Assembly (NCBI GenBank): GCA_024137785.1 | Contig: JAHRHZ010000099.1 | Span: 2,154,494 to 2,218,493, forward strand | DNA from: Ginglymostoma cirratum | Lineage: Eukaryota | Reading direction: 5' to 3' | Length of the DNA stretch: 64,000 nucleotides | Shown here: piece by piece, positions 51,448 to 64,000 of the stretch | Layout of the letters: every line of letters begins with the position of its first letter | Position numbering within the stretch: the first letter of the stretch is position 1 | Translations under genes and position numbers: made by a program | The notes under the pieces: model-generated | What the model was told of the DNA's origin: nothing | What the model saw: only the letters and a program-made list of their open reading frames with translations | Database searches by the model: none

Positions 51448-52324
51448 CAGATTCTACTCAGCAATAATGTGTTCAGTGATACCCAGTTTGGGTTCTACCA
51501 GAGGAACTTCTGACTTCATTATAGCCTTGGTTCAAATATGGACAAAAGTGCTGAATTCCAGAGGTGAGGTGAGAATGACTGCCCTTGACATCAAGGGAGG
51601 ATTTGGCTGAGTGCGGCTTCAAAGCAGCCCAGAAAAGCTGGAATCAATGGATATCACGGAAAAAACAAATGTTGCTAGTTGGATTCATGCCTGGAACATA
51701 GGAAGTTGTTTGTGGTTGTTGTTGGTCAGCCATCACAGCCCCAGGACATCTTTGCGGGAGTTTGTCAGAGTATTGTCCTAGGCCCAACCATCTCCAGCAG
51801 CTTCTTCAACAACCTTCCCTCTATCATGAGGTCAAAAGTTGGAATGTTTGCTGATGATTGCATAATGTTCAACATTATTCACAAGTCCTCAGGCATTGAA
51901 ACAGTCCTTGTTCAATACGGGAAGATCTGGACAATATTGAGGCTGTGAAGTGGCAAGTAACATTCACGCCACACAAATTCCACCCAATGACCATCACCGA
52001 TAAGAGACGATCTAATCACTTCCCCTTGACATTCAATCATTCAATCACTGAATCCCCACTATCAGAACCGTGAGATTGCTATTGAACAGAAATTCAACTG
52101 GACTCACAACAAAAACACATTGGCTGCATGAGCAGGTCAGAAGCGAGAAATGCTGCAGTGGATAACTCATCTCCTGGCTCCCCAAAGTTTTATTGTATTC
52201 CACAAGATGCAAGTCAGGAGTGTGATGTCTGGATGGGGTAACTCCAACGACACTAAAGAAGCTTGGCACCATCCAGAACAAAGCTGTCTGCTTGATTGGC
52301 GCATCCACAAGTATCCACTGCCTC

Positions 52325-52981
52325 TGATGGTCATGTTAAGGGCCAGACCAAATCCCCCCAAACTGTTTATAAGATAGTCAAGACCCTAACATTCTCTTAC
52401 TTTAAAGGAGACTGTAAGGTGTTGTGATCCAGATGCAATTTGATTTGTCAAACTATCAGAATTCAAGCAAATCACACTCCATGCACCCACTATAGTTAAA
52501 ATACAACAAAAGAAGAAAGTAATTGGAATAACTTAACTCTGTTGGAAAACTTAACAGAACAATAGGTACAGTAAGTATTTCTAGCTAGTTGTTCAAATAT
52601 CGCAACTTCCCATAAATACACCCTTCACAAAACGCAAACTCAGAAAACAGATTGTCTCACATGCAATTCTCTAATCCAGGAGGAAAGAACATCAAGAGAC
52701 ATTTCCGAGAAGGAGACAACTTTAGTTTTCAGCTGTAGCAAAGAGAAATGTGGCAGCTTTATCACAACCCCAGCAGCTTCTGCTGCTGAAAGATAAAACT
52801 TAAAACCCTGGCACTGTGGGAGCTCAACCACACTTATTCAGACTACTTCTGTTGTTCCAACTCACAAACAAACAAGACCTTACAAGCTATTTACTCTAAT
52901 AGTTTTGGTATACTGCTTGGTACCTCTGCCTTAAAACCTATCTTCAAAACAAAGACAAAATAAGCTTTTAAAATTACAACA
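52325..52981. mobile_element. Probable solo LTR inserted in the LINE
   Basis: ~650-bp block that interrupts the LINE consensus (cactgcctc | ccactaagcttagtagc), begins TG and ends CA. Confidence 0.4.
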
Positions 52982-54989
52982 CCACTAAGCTTAGTAGCAA
53001 CAGTGTGTACTATCTACAAGATTCACTACAGAAATTGACAAAAGATCCTTAGTCAGCATCTTGTAAACCCATGGCCTCTTCTATCTAGAAGAACAAGGGC
53101 AGCAGATCCCTGGAAACACCACAACTGCAAGTACCCCTCCAAGTGACTCACCTTTCTAACTTGGAAATATATCACTGTTCCTTCACTCTCGCTGGGTCAA
53201 AAATCCTAGAATTCCTTCCCTAAAGGCGTTGTGGGTCAACCTACATGACGTGGAATGCAGGTTCATCAAGGCAGCTCACCACCACCTTCTTGAGGGCAAC
53301 TAGAATCAAGCAATACATGCTGACCAGCCAGCAATGCTCACAAATCACAAATGAATAAAATGGACCTAGTGCCATGATCCCCACAGAGGGAACGGGGGAT
53401 ACCCTCTGGATTTCTACCATAACTTATGGAATGTAGACAAAGCTGATACTACTTGCTTCCCCCCAGTTGTCCTTCAGAAGGTGTTGATGATCTACCTTCT
53501 TGACCTGCTAAAGTCACAGTGCTATTTGGAAGGAAGTTCCAAGATATTGTCCCAGTGATATTGAAGGAACAATGATACAGTTACTACTTCACATGGTTTT
53601 TTGATTATAATTTAAAATTCAGCTGTTGGCGTTCCATACATCTGTTACCTTTGTTCTTCTGGGTACAACTTTGGAAGATGCCATGGTGAATTTCTGCTGT
53701 CCAGGTTGTAGATGGTGTGATGTGACTGAAGACTGAAGGCGATGGATGGAGTAAGATTCAATTAGGTTGTTCTGACCTCCTTGGGGGCATTTAAAAAGGT
53801 CTTACCAATATGGTGACAGTGAAACTATTTGATGGTTATTGAAAAAGAAAACAACTTCTTTAATGTTCTTTACAGCAGGAAATCTGACAACCTCACCTTG
53901 TGAATATGTAACTCCAGACTTAACTTCCTTCTGAAATGACATATTAGCCATTCATTTGAATGAAACTGCCAGAAACCTGATCAAGAAGAATATTCCCAGG
54001 CCTGGCATCAGAGAAAACAAAGTTGCACAGTTGTGTCAACTCTAAACAACATTCTCCACTAATCTGAATCACCTGAAGGAGAACTATCAATGGAAAAGAC
54101 AAACAACAGCCTAGCCCGGTAATAGGCACAGTATCAAACATGTCAGGCACTGGTGGCATCAGTTTGTCCGACTGACTGTACAGATCCACCAGAGGAGTCA
54201 TCCCATTGTATATTCAGGGAAAAGGGACCATGGGAACTTTGATATAGGCCCTATCAATTAAGTAGCTGATTACAACCCATTGTCCTCCTCTAGGATTAGT
54301 GATCCTCCATTCCTTGAAAGAAGCTCTGGAGGCAGCAAGGTCTCAGAATGTAATCTGGTAGTGGGACAATACTGGTCTGACGTGGCTTGGAAGCAACACT
54401 ACAAATTGGGAATATGAGTTTTCAAGTGCATAACTCCCAGGTAGGACTCTTGCTAACTGCTGAGAGAATCAACACAAGGAAAACAAAATTGCCCTCATCC
54501 TAGTATCTATATCACAGGTACATTTGTCCATGGCTGTATAAACAGGTGCATCAACTCACTGTGTTTATGAAGATGGAGTCCTATCCCACAACATAGACTC
54601 CTTTCATCATGTTGTTTGACAATAGCATCCTTCTAAATGATTCATAACAAATCTAGCGCTCAAATCTCAACATTCTTGGAGAGTTGTGGGCCATCAGCCA
54701 CAGAAGAATTATACTTTGACATAACCGGCTTTTGCCATAAAAGCCTAACTTTACACTAGCCCAATTCGTGGTGTAGGATAGTGAGTCGGGAACAAAATCA
54801 AGCATAACAAAAATCAGGTGTCAATTTGATGCACCAGAAACAAATTTTGAGTTCCCCTGACCATTAAAACAATGAGCTATCTCATTTGTGAATAAAAGGC
54901 GGATATTAAAGATGGCAACCCAGTTCATTCTGCACATATGAGACAGTTCTGGCATTGTTTGGATCAATCACCACGTCATTGCTAAGCTT

Positions 54990-55710
54990 CTGAGAGTGGC
55001 AGAGGATCTCAGTGTTTGGGAGTACGTTGGAGGATCTCAGAGTGTCTGGAATGGAAGAAAGGTTTCAGTTTCTAGGGTAGTGATGGGGGATTTGAATATC
55101 TAAGGATATGGTGGAGGTCTTGGTGTTTGTGCGAGTGGTGGAGGATCTTGGATCGTGTGGAAGAGTTGGAAACTCTCAAGATCTCAGGAGTGATAAAGCC
55201 TCTCATGGTCTCAGGGTGGCACGGTGGCTCAGATGTTAGCACTGCAGCCTCACAGCACCAGGGACCCGGGTTTGATTCCAGCCTCAGGTGACCGTCTGTG
55301 TGGAGTTTGCACATTCTCCCCGTGTCTGCATGGGTTCCCTAAGGGTGCTCCGGTTTCCTCCCACAGTCCAAAGATGTGCAGGCTAGGTGGATTGGCCATG
55401 CTAAATTGCCCATAGTGTTCAGGGGTGTGTGGGTTTTAGGGCAGTGGGGTGCTCCAAGGGTCGGTGTGGACTTGTTGGGCTGAAGGGCCTGTTTCCAGAC
55501 TGTAGGGATTCTAAGTGAAGCCGACTCTCAAGATCTCAGGAGGTGATGGATGGTCACGGTATCTGCCAGAGTGATGGAAGATTTGAAGTCTCAGAGAGTG
55601 TTGGGTGGTGTCAGTGTCTTAAAGAAGGATATAGGATCCCACTGTCCCTGAAAGTGTTGGAGGGAATCAGTGTCTCAGAGAGAGAAGGCAGGTCTCATTG
55701 TTTCAAGGAA
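54990..55710 (+). repeat. Degenerate G-rich minisatellite, ~28-30-bp unit, split by a HE1 SINE
   Basis: Recurring GAGAGTGTTGGAGGATCTCAGTGT(C/T)T-like units on both sides of the SINE. Confidence 0.6.
55214..55512 (+). mobile_element. HE1-type SINE
   Basis: gggtggcacggtggctcagatgttagcactgcagcctcacagcaccagggacccgggtttgattcc… with CR1-like tail gaagggcctgtttcc. Confidence 0.92.
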
Positions 55711-55764
55711 TGAATCCTGTAAAGAGTCTGCTTCTCTTGGACCGCATTCTCGCGGAGTAAATGT

Positions 55765-58700
55765 GGAATATTCTACTGGGAGAAGGGAATAAGCTGGGAG
55801 CTGTGACATACATCGCTACCAATGTCATATCGAGACTAGATGTTTAAGTCCGACGGTCAGGTATTCAGGAGCTATGATTGTAAACCGTAGGACTTTGGAG
55901 AAGGCAGTCTCTGCGTTACATCCTGTGTCATAAGTCAGTTAGAGTTGAAATTGGAAGATAGAAAGGATCAATGTGTTATTTGAGGCAGAGTGCAGAATTG
56001 CTGGCTTCACTTTGTTAGTCCACTTCTGGGGAAGGAGCATACTCAGAAGCGTCAGTTGCACCTCAACCAGCCTGGGACCAATTTGTTCACCACAATTTTA
56101 TGAGACTGGTGAGGAGGTATTTAAAACAAGTTGGATAAGAGTGGTGAGGTCGAGTGTTGTGTGGAGAAGTTAACCAATACATATAAATAGAATTGAAGTT
56201 CGCATAAATATGCAAGTGGTCGACGAAGAAGCAACTTAAGGAATCCAAAAACAGCCATGCGTTAAACGAATGTGTACACACCAAAGAGTGATGATGAAAG
56301 TTGATTGGACACAAGCGCAATACAATGATGGGAAAGTGCATAAGGCTCGTTCAGTTGATCTAAATTCTACAAATATCAGCTAATTCAGGGATGTGATGTA
56401 CTCTTCTGGACACAATATTTGGTTGAAGCAATAGCTCAAAGACTAAGCTCAGAGTGTGCAGATGTTTGCATTATTAACCTGTGTGCTTTCTGTGCAATAT
56501 GCTCATCTGCAATGCCAATCTGGGGCAACTTCTGTCATGTGTAAGGCTGTCGCGTTAGCTTCTGAATGTTGGTATAAAATGTAAACAAGGGTGAGCCATT
56601 TTCTACTAAAATGAAACCAAGTCAGACGTTACATCAAACTCTTAACTACATTTCAGCTTGTGCAGGACTCTTATGGTGTTGCGTCCTTATCTCTGGAGAG
56701 AATGTTAGAGATCATGTCCCACCTGCGGTGGATTTGTTGAGGCATTTTGGAGCAGTGAACACTATTGTAATGTGGATCTTTCCAAAATAATGATGAAAAG
56801 GCAGTGACCTGAAAAGTTACATTGGCTGCGTTCACCATAGCCACTGCCTGAGGTTTTTTTTTGAATTGTTTAAATTAGCACCCAGAGTAAGCAATGGACT
56901 GCATTTAGAGATCGCTTAAGACGAACATGAATCCATGGCATTCCAAGTATTTAGACACTATTAGATTATTTAGGCCTCTGAGCAGGGTCAACCAGAAAGA
57001 GCAAAATTTAACCAAGAAAACATGAGAATGTGTCGGCCAGCGCATGTCACACCCCCTTGTGGAAGATATAACTATATTCACTCCAACTAGGAGAACAAGT
57101 TACGTCTGGAAAATATGTTTGCCACGCTCTCTATGTATGGTCTTTATTTCGTTTATACAGTGAAGAAGGTATTTGGCAAGCTTGCTTTTATTGGCCAGTG
57201 TATTGAGTATAGGAGCTTGGAGGTCATGCTGAGTCTATACTGGACATTGATTAGGCCATTTTTGGAATACTGCGTTCAATTCTGATCTTCCCGCTGTAGG
57301 AAAGATGTTGTGAAACCTGAATGGTCTCAGAAAAGATTCCGGGCGGTACGGTGGCTCAGTGGTTAGCACTACCGCCTTACAGCGCCAGCGACCAGAGTTC
57401 AATTCCACCCTCTGGTAACTGTCTGTCTGGAGTTTACACATTCTTCCCATGTCTGCGTGCGTGTGCTCCGGTTTCCTCCCACAGTCCAATGATGTGTAGG
57501 CTAGGTGGATTGGCCATGCTAAATTGTCCATAGCGTCCAGGGATGTTGGGGCTGAACTGGGGGAAAGGCAGGTGTAGGGGAATGAGCCAGGGTGGGATGC
57601 TCATCGGAGGGGCGACGTGGACTTGTTGGGCCGAATGGAGTGTTTCCACACTGCACGCGTTCTATAGTGATTTACAGGGATGTTGGAGGGTTTGATCTGG
57701 AGTAATAGGGTGAGGCTAGTTTTGCTGCTGCATCGGAGATTGAAGTAAATTAAATCATGAGGGGCATGGATAGGGTGAATAGTCAAGCTATTGTCTTCAT
57801 GGTAAGGGAGACCAAAACTAGAAGGCATAAGTTTAAGGTGAGGGCGGGAATATTTAAAAGGGACTAAAGGGGCAACGTTTTCACGCAGCAGGTGGTGTGT
57901 GCATGGAAGAGCTGCCAGAGGAAGTGGTGGAGGTTGGTACAAATTACAACATTTTATGGGAATGTTGATGGGTATATGAATAAGAAGTTGTTGGAGGGAT
58001 ATGGGCTGAATTCTGGCAAATAGGGCGAGATTATTTTAGGATATTTGATCGGCGTGGACGAGTCAAGCCGAAGGATCTGTTTCCGTCCGGTACATTTCTC
58101 TGACTGTATCACTATGGCTGTATGTACGCGTATTTAGCTAGTCAACTCAATTTTCAATTTCCAGCTCATTCATGCTACAAGATTCTCTTGTGAAATGGGG
58201 CAAAGCAATTAGAAGAGAGGCCGTCTTATTATAAGCAATTATTATTGTCCCCATAATTCATTGCACTGGTGCAAACAAACAGCGACTGTCCTTCCCCTCA
58301 GTTGGTAAAGCTGGAGTATAAATGTAGTTAAATCAAATTTATTTCTAGAATTTTCGACTGAAGACTTCCAGAAGTGTTCTATAATCACAATGTCTGCCTT
58401 CAGCTAACTTTAATGCAGTTGAAAACTGAAGTGGATATGAAATTTACAGCAAGAAAGCTATAAGGAAAAATTTAAACCAGTCTCATCGGTGTGCTGGAAA
58501 CTGTGGAAGAGGAAATGAATAGAGCACTGTTCTGCAATAATCAACTAGTTTATGGGAATTGTGAAATCAAATTATATTCTAATTAGGCAGGGTCTGGAAA
58601 TGTAATTTTACGGTAAATCGTTTGCAGTGATTTCTGTTATCACCCAGGCCATGCAGCTTATAAATTCACAATTCTTCGCATTCCCTGATCAAGTGCAACA
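55765..58700 (+). repeat. Segmental duplication, copy 1
   Basis: Colinear with 60090-62625 (ggaatattctactgggagaagg, gctcatctgcaatgc, gacctgaaaagttacattgg, aaattatattcta); has a CR1+HE1 insertion at ~57160-58110. Confidence 0.85.
57160..58110 (+). mobile_element. CR1 3' fragment with a nested HE1 SINE (57341-57665)
   Basis: CR1 C-terminal motifs interrupted by ggcggtacggtggctcagtggttagcact…. Confidence 0.85.
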
Positions 58701-60089
58701 CCAACTAATCCTGCCACTGTGATACCTACAACCTAATGATCTCAATGTGAACTTTACCAGTTTCAAAATCTCCTCACCCCTTGTCACGTCCCATGACCAA
58801 CCCTCACTCTCTTCCCTGCCTCCTTGACTTGACACAACCTGACACAATCTGCCCATCTTCTCTCCCACCTATCCACTCCTCCCACCTCACTGACCAATCC
58901 CAACCACTGGGGATCTGATCAAATTGTTTAGAGATGCCATGATATACCTCTGCAGCTGGTGGAAGTTCAACCCAGTCCTCCTCACTCAGAGATAGCGACA
59001 CCACCACTGTGCCACAATAACCTATGGCCACCTTTAAAAAGAACCCATTTGAATTAAATTGTCTACAGTTACATTGTAATTGTCTATCAGATGTTTACAC
59101 ATTGATAAAACCTATTGAACCTTTAAGGATACGATGTTTATCCTGAGGTCTAAACTGCTATTTTTCCAGTGCATAAATTGTATGTGAATAATTTTTGCAT
59201 CTACTATTCAGATAGCTTTCATTAATTAATAAACATATGTCAATTAAGACACTGTACATTTTTATTTCCGTTTCCTTTTACCAACTGAAAATAGCAAGAG
59301 CTGGAACAACTGTCTGACATTGGGAAATGGTTGACATCGCCGTGTTATCTCTTGACCACTAAACCATCTAAAGTGAATTAGCAAATTGAGTTAATGGTTA
59401 GGTCAATGGAAATGTAATGGCTGACCTTTCAAGCATTTTTTTTTCAGAATGCACAGAACTGGTACATAACAATAAGCAAAATTTTAAGCGACAAACTCAA
59501 CATCCAAAGTTAATTTGAAAGGTTAAAGGTAGTATCAAACTTTAAAAAAAAGTGCTAAAACAGTTCGTAGTTCAGAAGACTGATACTATATTTCTAAAAA
59601 ATAAAAGAATGACTGGAAAGTTAATAAAGTGGGAAAAAATAGAGTTTGAGAGAAAGTTTGTCAGAAGTATAAAAAAACCAAAAGCTTTGATACATATTTA
59701 AACAAAAACAGTTAACCAACTGTGTTTTGGTCCTATAGAAAATGGCAGTGAGAGTTAAGAATGTGCACATAATCACAGATGAATGGAAAACTAAAATAGC
59801 ATCAGTCTTCACTGTGGAGTATACGAGTAACATCCCAGAAATGGTTCTAACTCAAGAACGGGAAGGCAAAATGAGACTGAGGAAAATCACAATCACCAGA
59901 GAAATGGTACTAAGCAAACGGTTAGAGCTGCAGACTGATAAATTCTTGGGTTCTGGTGGACGTTTTCTTGGGGCCATACGAGAAATGACTTGTGAGATAG
60001 TTGGTGCATAGCTTTTAATTTGCCAAACTTCCCCACCAAGCCTATCACCACCCTTTTGGTTCTCTCGGAACAGATCCTCATAGGGCGGG

Positions 60090-62625
60090 TATGGAATATT
60101 CTACTGGGAGAAGGACCAGGAGCTGTGATGTAAATCACCACCAATGTAGTAAAGAGCCCAGATGTTTCGGTCAGACGGCCAGATATTCAACAGCTATGAA
60201 AATGAAAAGTAGGACTTTGGAGGAGGCAATCTCTAGATTACGCTCTGTCAGAAGTCAGTGAGAATGGAAATTGGCATGATAGAAAGGATCAATGTGCGAT
60301 TTGAGGTAAAGTGCAGAATTTCTGGCTTCACTTTCTTGGGCCACTTCTTAGGAAGTGGCATTTACCCAGAATCATCAGATTCACGTCAACCAGTTTGGAA
60401 CCAGTTTGTGGTCCACAAGTTCATGAGTCTGCTTAGGAAGGATTTAAAAAAAAATTAGGTGAGGGCGGCGACATTGAGGTGTGGGCAAGCATGGTGGAGG
60501 AGTGAAGCAAGCCACATAAAAAGATTCGAAGATTGTATAAATATATAAGAACCTTGCATGACGGTAGAGGACGAAACATATTACATTAGAAAGTGGGTAG
60601 ATGGAGAAGCAACAAGAGAAATCCAGAACAGCCTTGCAATCAATGTATGTAAATGCACCAAAGAGTGACAATGAATATTGGTTGGCTACAAGCACAAATA
60701 AAGGAGGGAAAAGACATAAGTTCATTTCATTGTTCTAAATTCCACAAATATTGGCTAATTCAAGGGTATGATTCGGACAGCATATTTGGTGAAGCAACAG
60801 TTCGAGATTAAGCTCAGGCTGTGAAAATGTTTGCATTATCAACCCGCGTAGTTTCTGTACAATGCGCTCATCTGCAATGCTAACCCAGGGCAATTTCTGT
60901 CATGCGTAGGGCAGTAATATTAGCTTGTTAATAATGTTAAATAATGTAAACAAGATTAGGCACTTCCTACCATCATGAAACAGGTCAGAAGTTACCTTAA
61001 TCACTTAATTATTTTTCAGCTTGTGCTGCACTGTTGTGGCGCAGGAGTAGTGTCCTTATCTCTGGAGGGAAGGTTAGGGTTCAAGTCCCATCTGCAGTCG
61101 TTTACATCGTGGCAGGTTGATTGAAATTAGCTGAACAAAATGATATATTTCTCTAGTGCGTATTTTACATAATGCATCTAGCAAACCATTTGTTTGGACA
61201 TCTTCTGGAAGTCAGATATAGACACCATTTGCGCCGTTATCTTTGTCTCCACAGCCTGTTAAGTTTCAATATCTCGCATGCGCGAACACTGTATCTGATG
61301 AAAACGTGGAAGAGAGATAGTTTCTTGGTAGCATTATTGAGACATGCATTGATGTATTCGACTGACCCGACAGTGATGGAGTCAAAAGTTTAAGAGTGTA
61401 AGAAGTTAATGTGCTGAATGTCACATTATTACCGCTGTGTAGAGGTGGAATTTGGAAATTCCATTATGCAGAAACTCAAGATGTGTTGGATGACTTTAGA
61501 GCTGGGTCTTTGGAGATTTTGCTGTATTTTTGAACTGTAATGATCCCACGTTTCTCATCATTGAAGACGATTGAAGTGTCCGAGCAGTGAACACTGTCTT
61601 AATGTGGATCATTCCAAAATAATGATGAAAGGGCATCGACCTGAAAAGTTACATTGGTTTCGATCAGCATAGTCATTTCCTGAGCTGTGTATTTCTATGA
61701 TTTGCAGAGGTTTTATTGTGGACGATTTAAATTAGTACCCAGAGCGAGGAATGAATTGTGCTTAGAGATCACTTCAGACGAACTTTAGTTCACACTATTC
61801 CAAGTATTTCAAATGCTGTTGGATTATTTAGGCTTTTGAGCACAGAGGCAACCAGAAACAGCAACACTTAATCTAGAAAGGATGAGAACTCACCTTGCAG
61901 TGTGTACAATGGAATGGATGGGTCCGCCGGCACATATTCTGTATATAACTATATCCATTATGACTAAGAGAGCAAGGTACTTCTGGAATATATGTTCGCC
62001 ATGTTCTATCTGCATGATCATAATTTCGTTTATATGTGTGTATGTAGCGAGTTAATTCAGTTTTCAACCTGTGGCTCGTTCCTGATACAAGATCCTCTTG
62101 TAAAATATGACGAAGCAATTACAAGAGAGAACAGCTTAATATAAGCGGTTATGATAACAATTCCCATAATTCATAGCACTGGTGGCAGCTCGCAGTGACA
62201 GTCCATCCTCTCTATTGGCAAAGCTGGAATTGTAAAGATAGTATACCAAATTTACTTTGACAGTTTTCGGCTGAAGGCTTCTATATGCGTTATATTTCTA
62301 ATGTTGAACAATATCTGCCTTCAGTTAACTTTAAGCCACATTAAACAGGAGTGGATATGAAATGTACAGAACGAAAGCTATGGGGAACCACTTCAAGTAG
62401 TCTCACTGATTTGCAAATGTGAAACTGGAGAGGAGAAATGGGTGGAGCTAAATTCTGCAATTACCGGCAGGTTTACGTGAATTATGAAATTAAATTATAT
62501 TCTAGTTAGGTGGGGTCTGGAAATGGACTTTGATGTAAATCGTTTACAGAGATTTCTGTGACCACATGGGCCGTGCGGCTTATACAATTCATTGGTCCTC
62601 ACGTACCCCGATTAGCTGGTGCAAC
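60090..62625 (+). repeat. Segmental duplication, copy 2
   Basis: Colinear with 55765-58700; extra block at ~61110-61580. Confidence 0.85.
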
Positions 62626-62914
62626 GACTCATTCAGCCACTCTCATACCAGTTGTATTTTGCCGCGAAGCCGTAAAGAGAAAGTGTTGTTAAATACAGCA
62701 ATACATTCATGAGATTTCACAAAGAATTGGAGGCTGGAAATGGGACGGTCGCCCACCAGAATAGTTTGTTTTTGTCCTGAGAGGAATAGATTTAAAGGAA
62801 AGAGGGACAACTTCTGAGGAGAATTGTTTGGCATGTCAGCTCACCTTGACGGCAATGCAGAGAGCAGAGTCGTTGAGTGGGAACATAATCGAGAGAACTG
62901 AAGGGAGGTCTCTT

Positions 62915-63206
62915 GGAGCAGATGAGCTCAAAGACAGCGTGAGGGGAGATAAAAGAAACTTGTGTCACAGCAGTAAAGCTCGCCTGATGTCCACTGCGTG
63001 TCTGACAGATTCAGAAACTGCTCACACTGAAGATGTTGGCAGTCTCTTTTTGAATCCGACTGGTGACAGTGTCATTTCCTGCAGTATCCTAAACTGTAGT
63101 CAGTTCAATCTGCAGAGCGCCCCAGATGAAACCAATTCACCAAAACTGACCAGAATCACCGTAATTTAGTTGGAAGAAGACAGAAAGACAGGTGGAACTG
63201 GTGAAT
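62915..63206 (-). pseudogene. IGLC: Heavily degraded Ig lambda constant exon (cluster D; any VJ would lie beyond the window)
   Basis: Acceptor cgctttcag|AT; frame fragments SPVPPVFL, TSRIQKETANIFSVSS, LNLSDTQWTSGELYCC; nucleotide match to 42179-42504 (actgctcacactgaa, atccgactggt, gtaaagctcg); several stops and frameshifts. Confidence 0.8.
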
Positions 63207-64000
63207 CTGAAAGCGAATGCACAAAATTATAAAGGCCCTTCATTCTCAGCTGGGAATGCAGAAATAAAACCGTTTCAATGACTTTTGTAAAGAAAGGACG
63301 ACTTGAATTCGTTATAACAAGACTTTTAACATAATATTCCAACATAGTAAGTGCAAATTAAGTCGGAAAATCACAATTAAATGTCAATAGAACAGCTTAA
63401 GCCAGTCCCTTGGACCCTTCGATTTTGGAAGTGAAATTGATATTGAGAAGTCGATATACCGTTAAACGCGGAGACTAATTGAAAATTACGCTTTGAATTG
63501 AAGGCATTGGCTAAATTATTTCCATGACCATCAATGAAGACCAGTGATAGCCTCGTGGCTTCACTAGGCTTCACTGCCGACTATGAGGAACAGCCAGTAC
63601 AGTTCACTCATGTACTTTAGGAAAGGCAATCTGCAATTCTTACATTCACCTTCATGTGACTTGAGATTCAATCAGGACTCTTAACTGCTTTCTAAAAGGG
63701 TCTAGCAAGTTATTCTGTACTCGTCATTCACGTGTTGTTCTCATGGTACCTTACGTACCATGTCCCAGACACCCATCACGATTCTTGTTGTCAGTGCTTC
63801 AGGGAGTCAATCCGTAAAGATTGTTACTTCTGTGGGAACAGATTCTCATAGAGAGGGTGTGGAATTTTCTATTGGCAGGAGGTAATGAGGCGGGTACTGT
63901 AACATATATCAGTATTCAATGACATTAAGAGACCAGATATTAATGTCCAACAGTCAGACTTGCAGATTTTGAATTTGAAGAGGAGAACTTTAGAAAAGGT

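Larger units (their letters stand above)
49100..53360 (+). mobile_element. Near full-length decayed LINE of the second family (endonuclease-RT-tail) with nested insertions
   Basis: ORFs 49460-49864 (PDIGIVMLTETYL…WVGDFNIHH, APE), 49895-50101, 51679-51948 (GVCQSIVLGP…MFADD); tail caaggcagctcaccaccaccttcttgagggcaac. Confidence 0.82.

Noticed and set aside
55214-55290. tRNA-like A/B boxes (also ~37620-37695, 47715-47800, 57341-57415)
   Set aside because: These are SINE heads continuing into SINE bodies, not tRNA genes
62828-63169. 113-aa plus-strand ORF
   Set aside because: Antisense to the degraded C exon D

Overview
Eukaryotic genomic DNA from a cartilaginous fish (shark), judged from HE1-type and Deu-domain SINEs, CR1/HER1-type LINEs and shark-type Ig genes. 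The non-repetitive core is a tandem array of immunoglobulin light-chain clusters of the lambda (type II/NS3) class, all on the minus strand. Every V-J exon is already joined in the germline, with no RSS. Cluster A has leader ~18.7k, VJ 18235-18562 and C 14521-14807, all pseudogenic. Cluster B has leader 25996-26044 and VJ 25505-25846, is fully intact with a double-octamer promoter, but has no constant exon of its own that I can find. Cluster C has leader 45424-45469, VJ 44925-45265 and C 42179-42504, with splice, frame and nonsense lesions. A degraded C exon D lies at ~62.9-63.2k. The rest is largely transposon debris: CR1 LINEs (one near-intact RT), a second LINE family, SINEs, a Harbinger transposase fossil, a probable solo LTR and four TSD-flanked fold-back elements with hammerhead-ribozyme-like remnants. 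There is also a ~2.5-3 kb segmental duplication. The most notable points are the intact orphan VJ, a J-C intron block more conserved than the V exons, and the fold-back elements that carry captured sequence in their loops. All alignments were done by eye and repeat boundaries are approximate.
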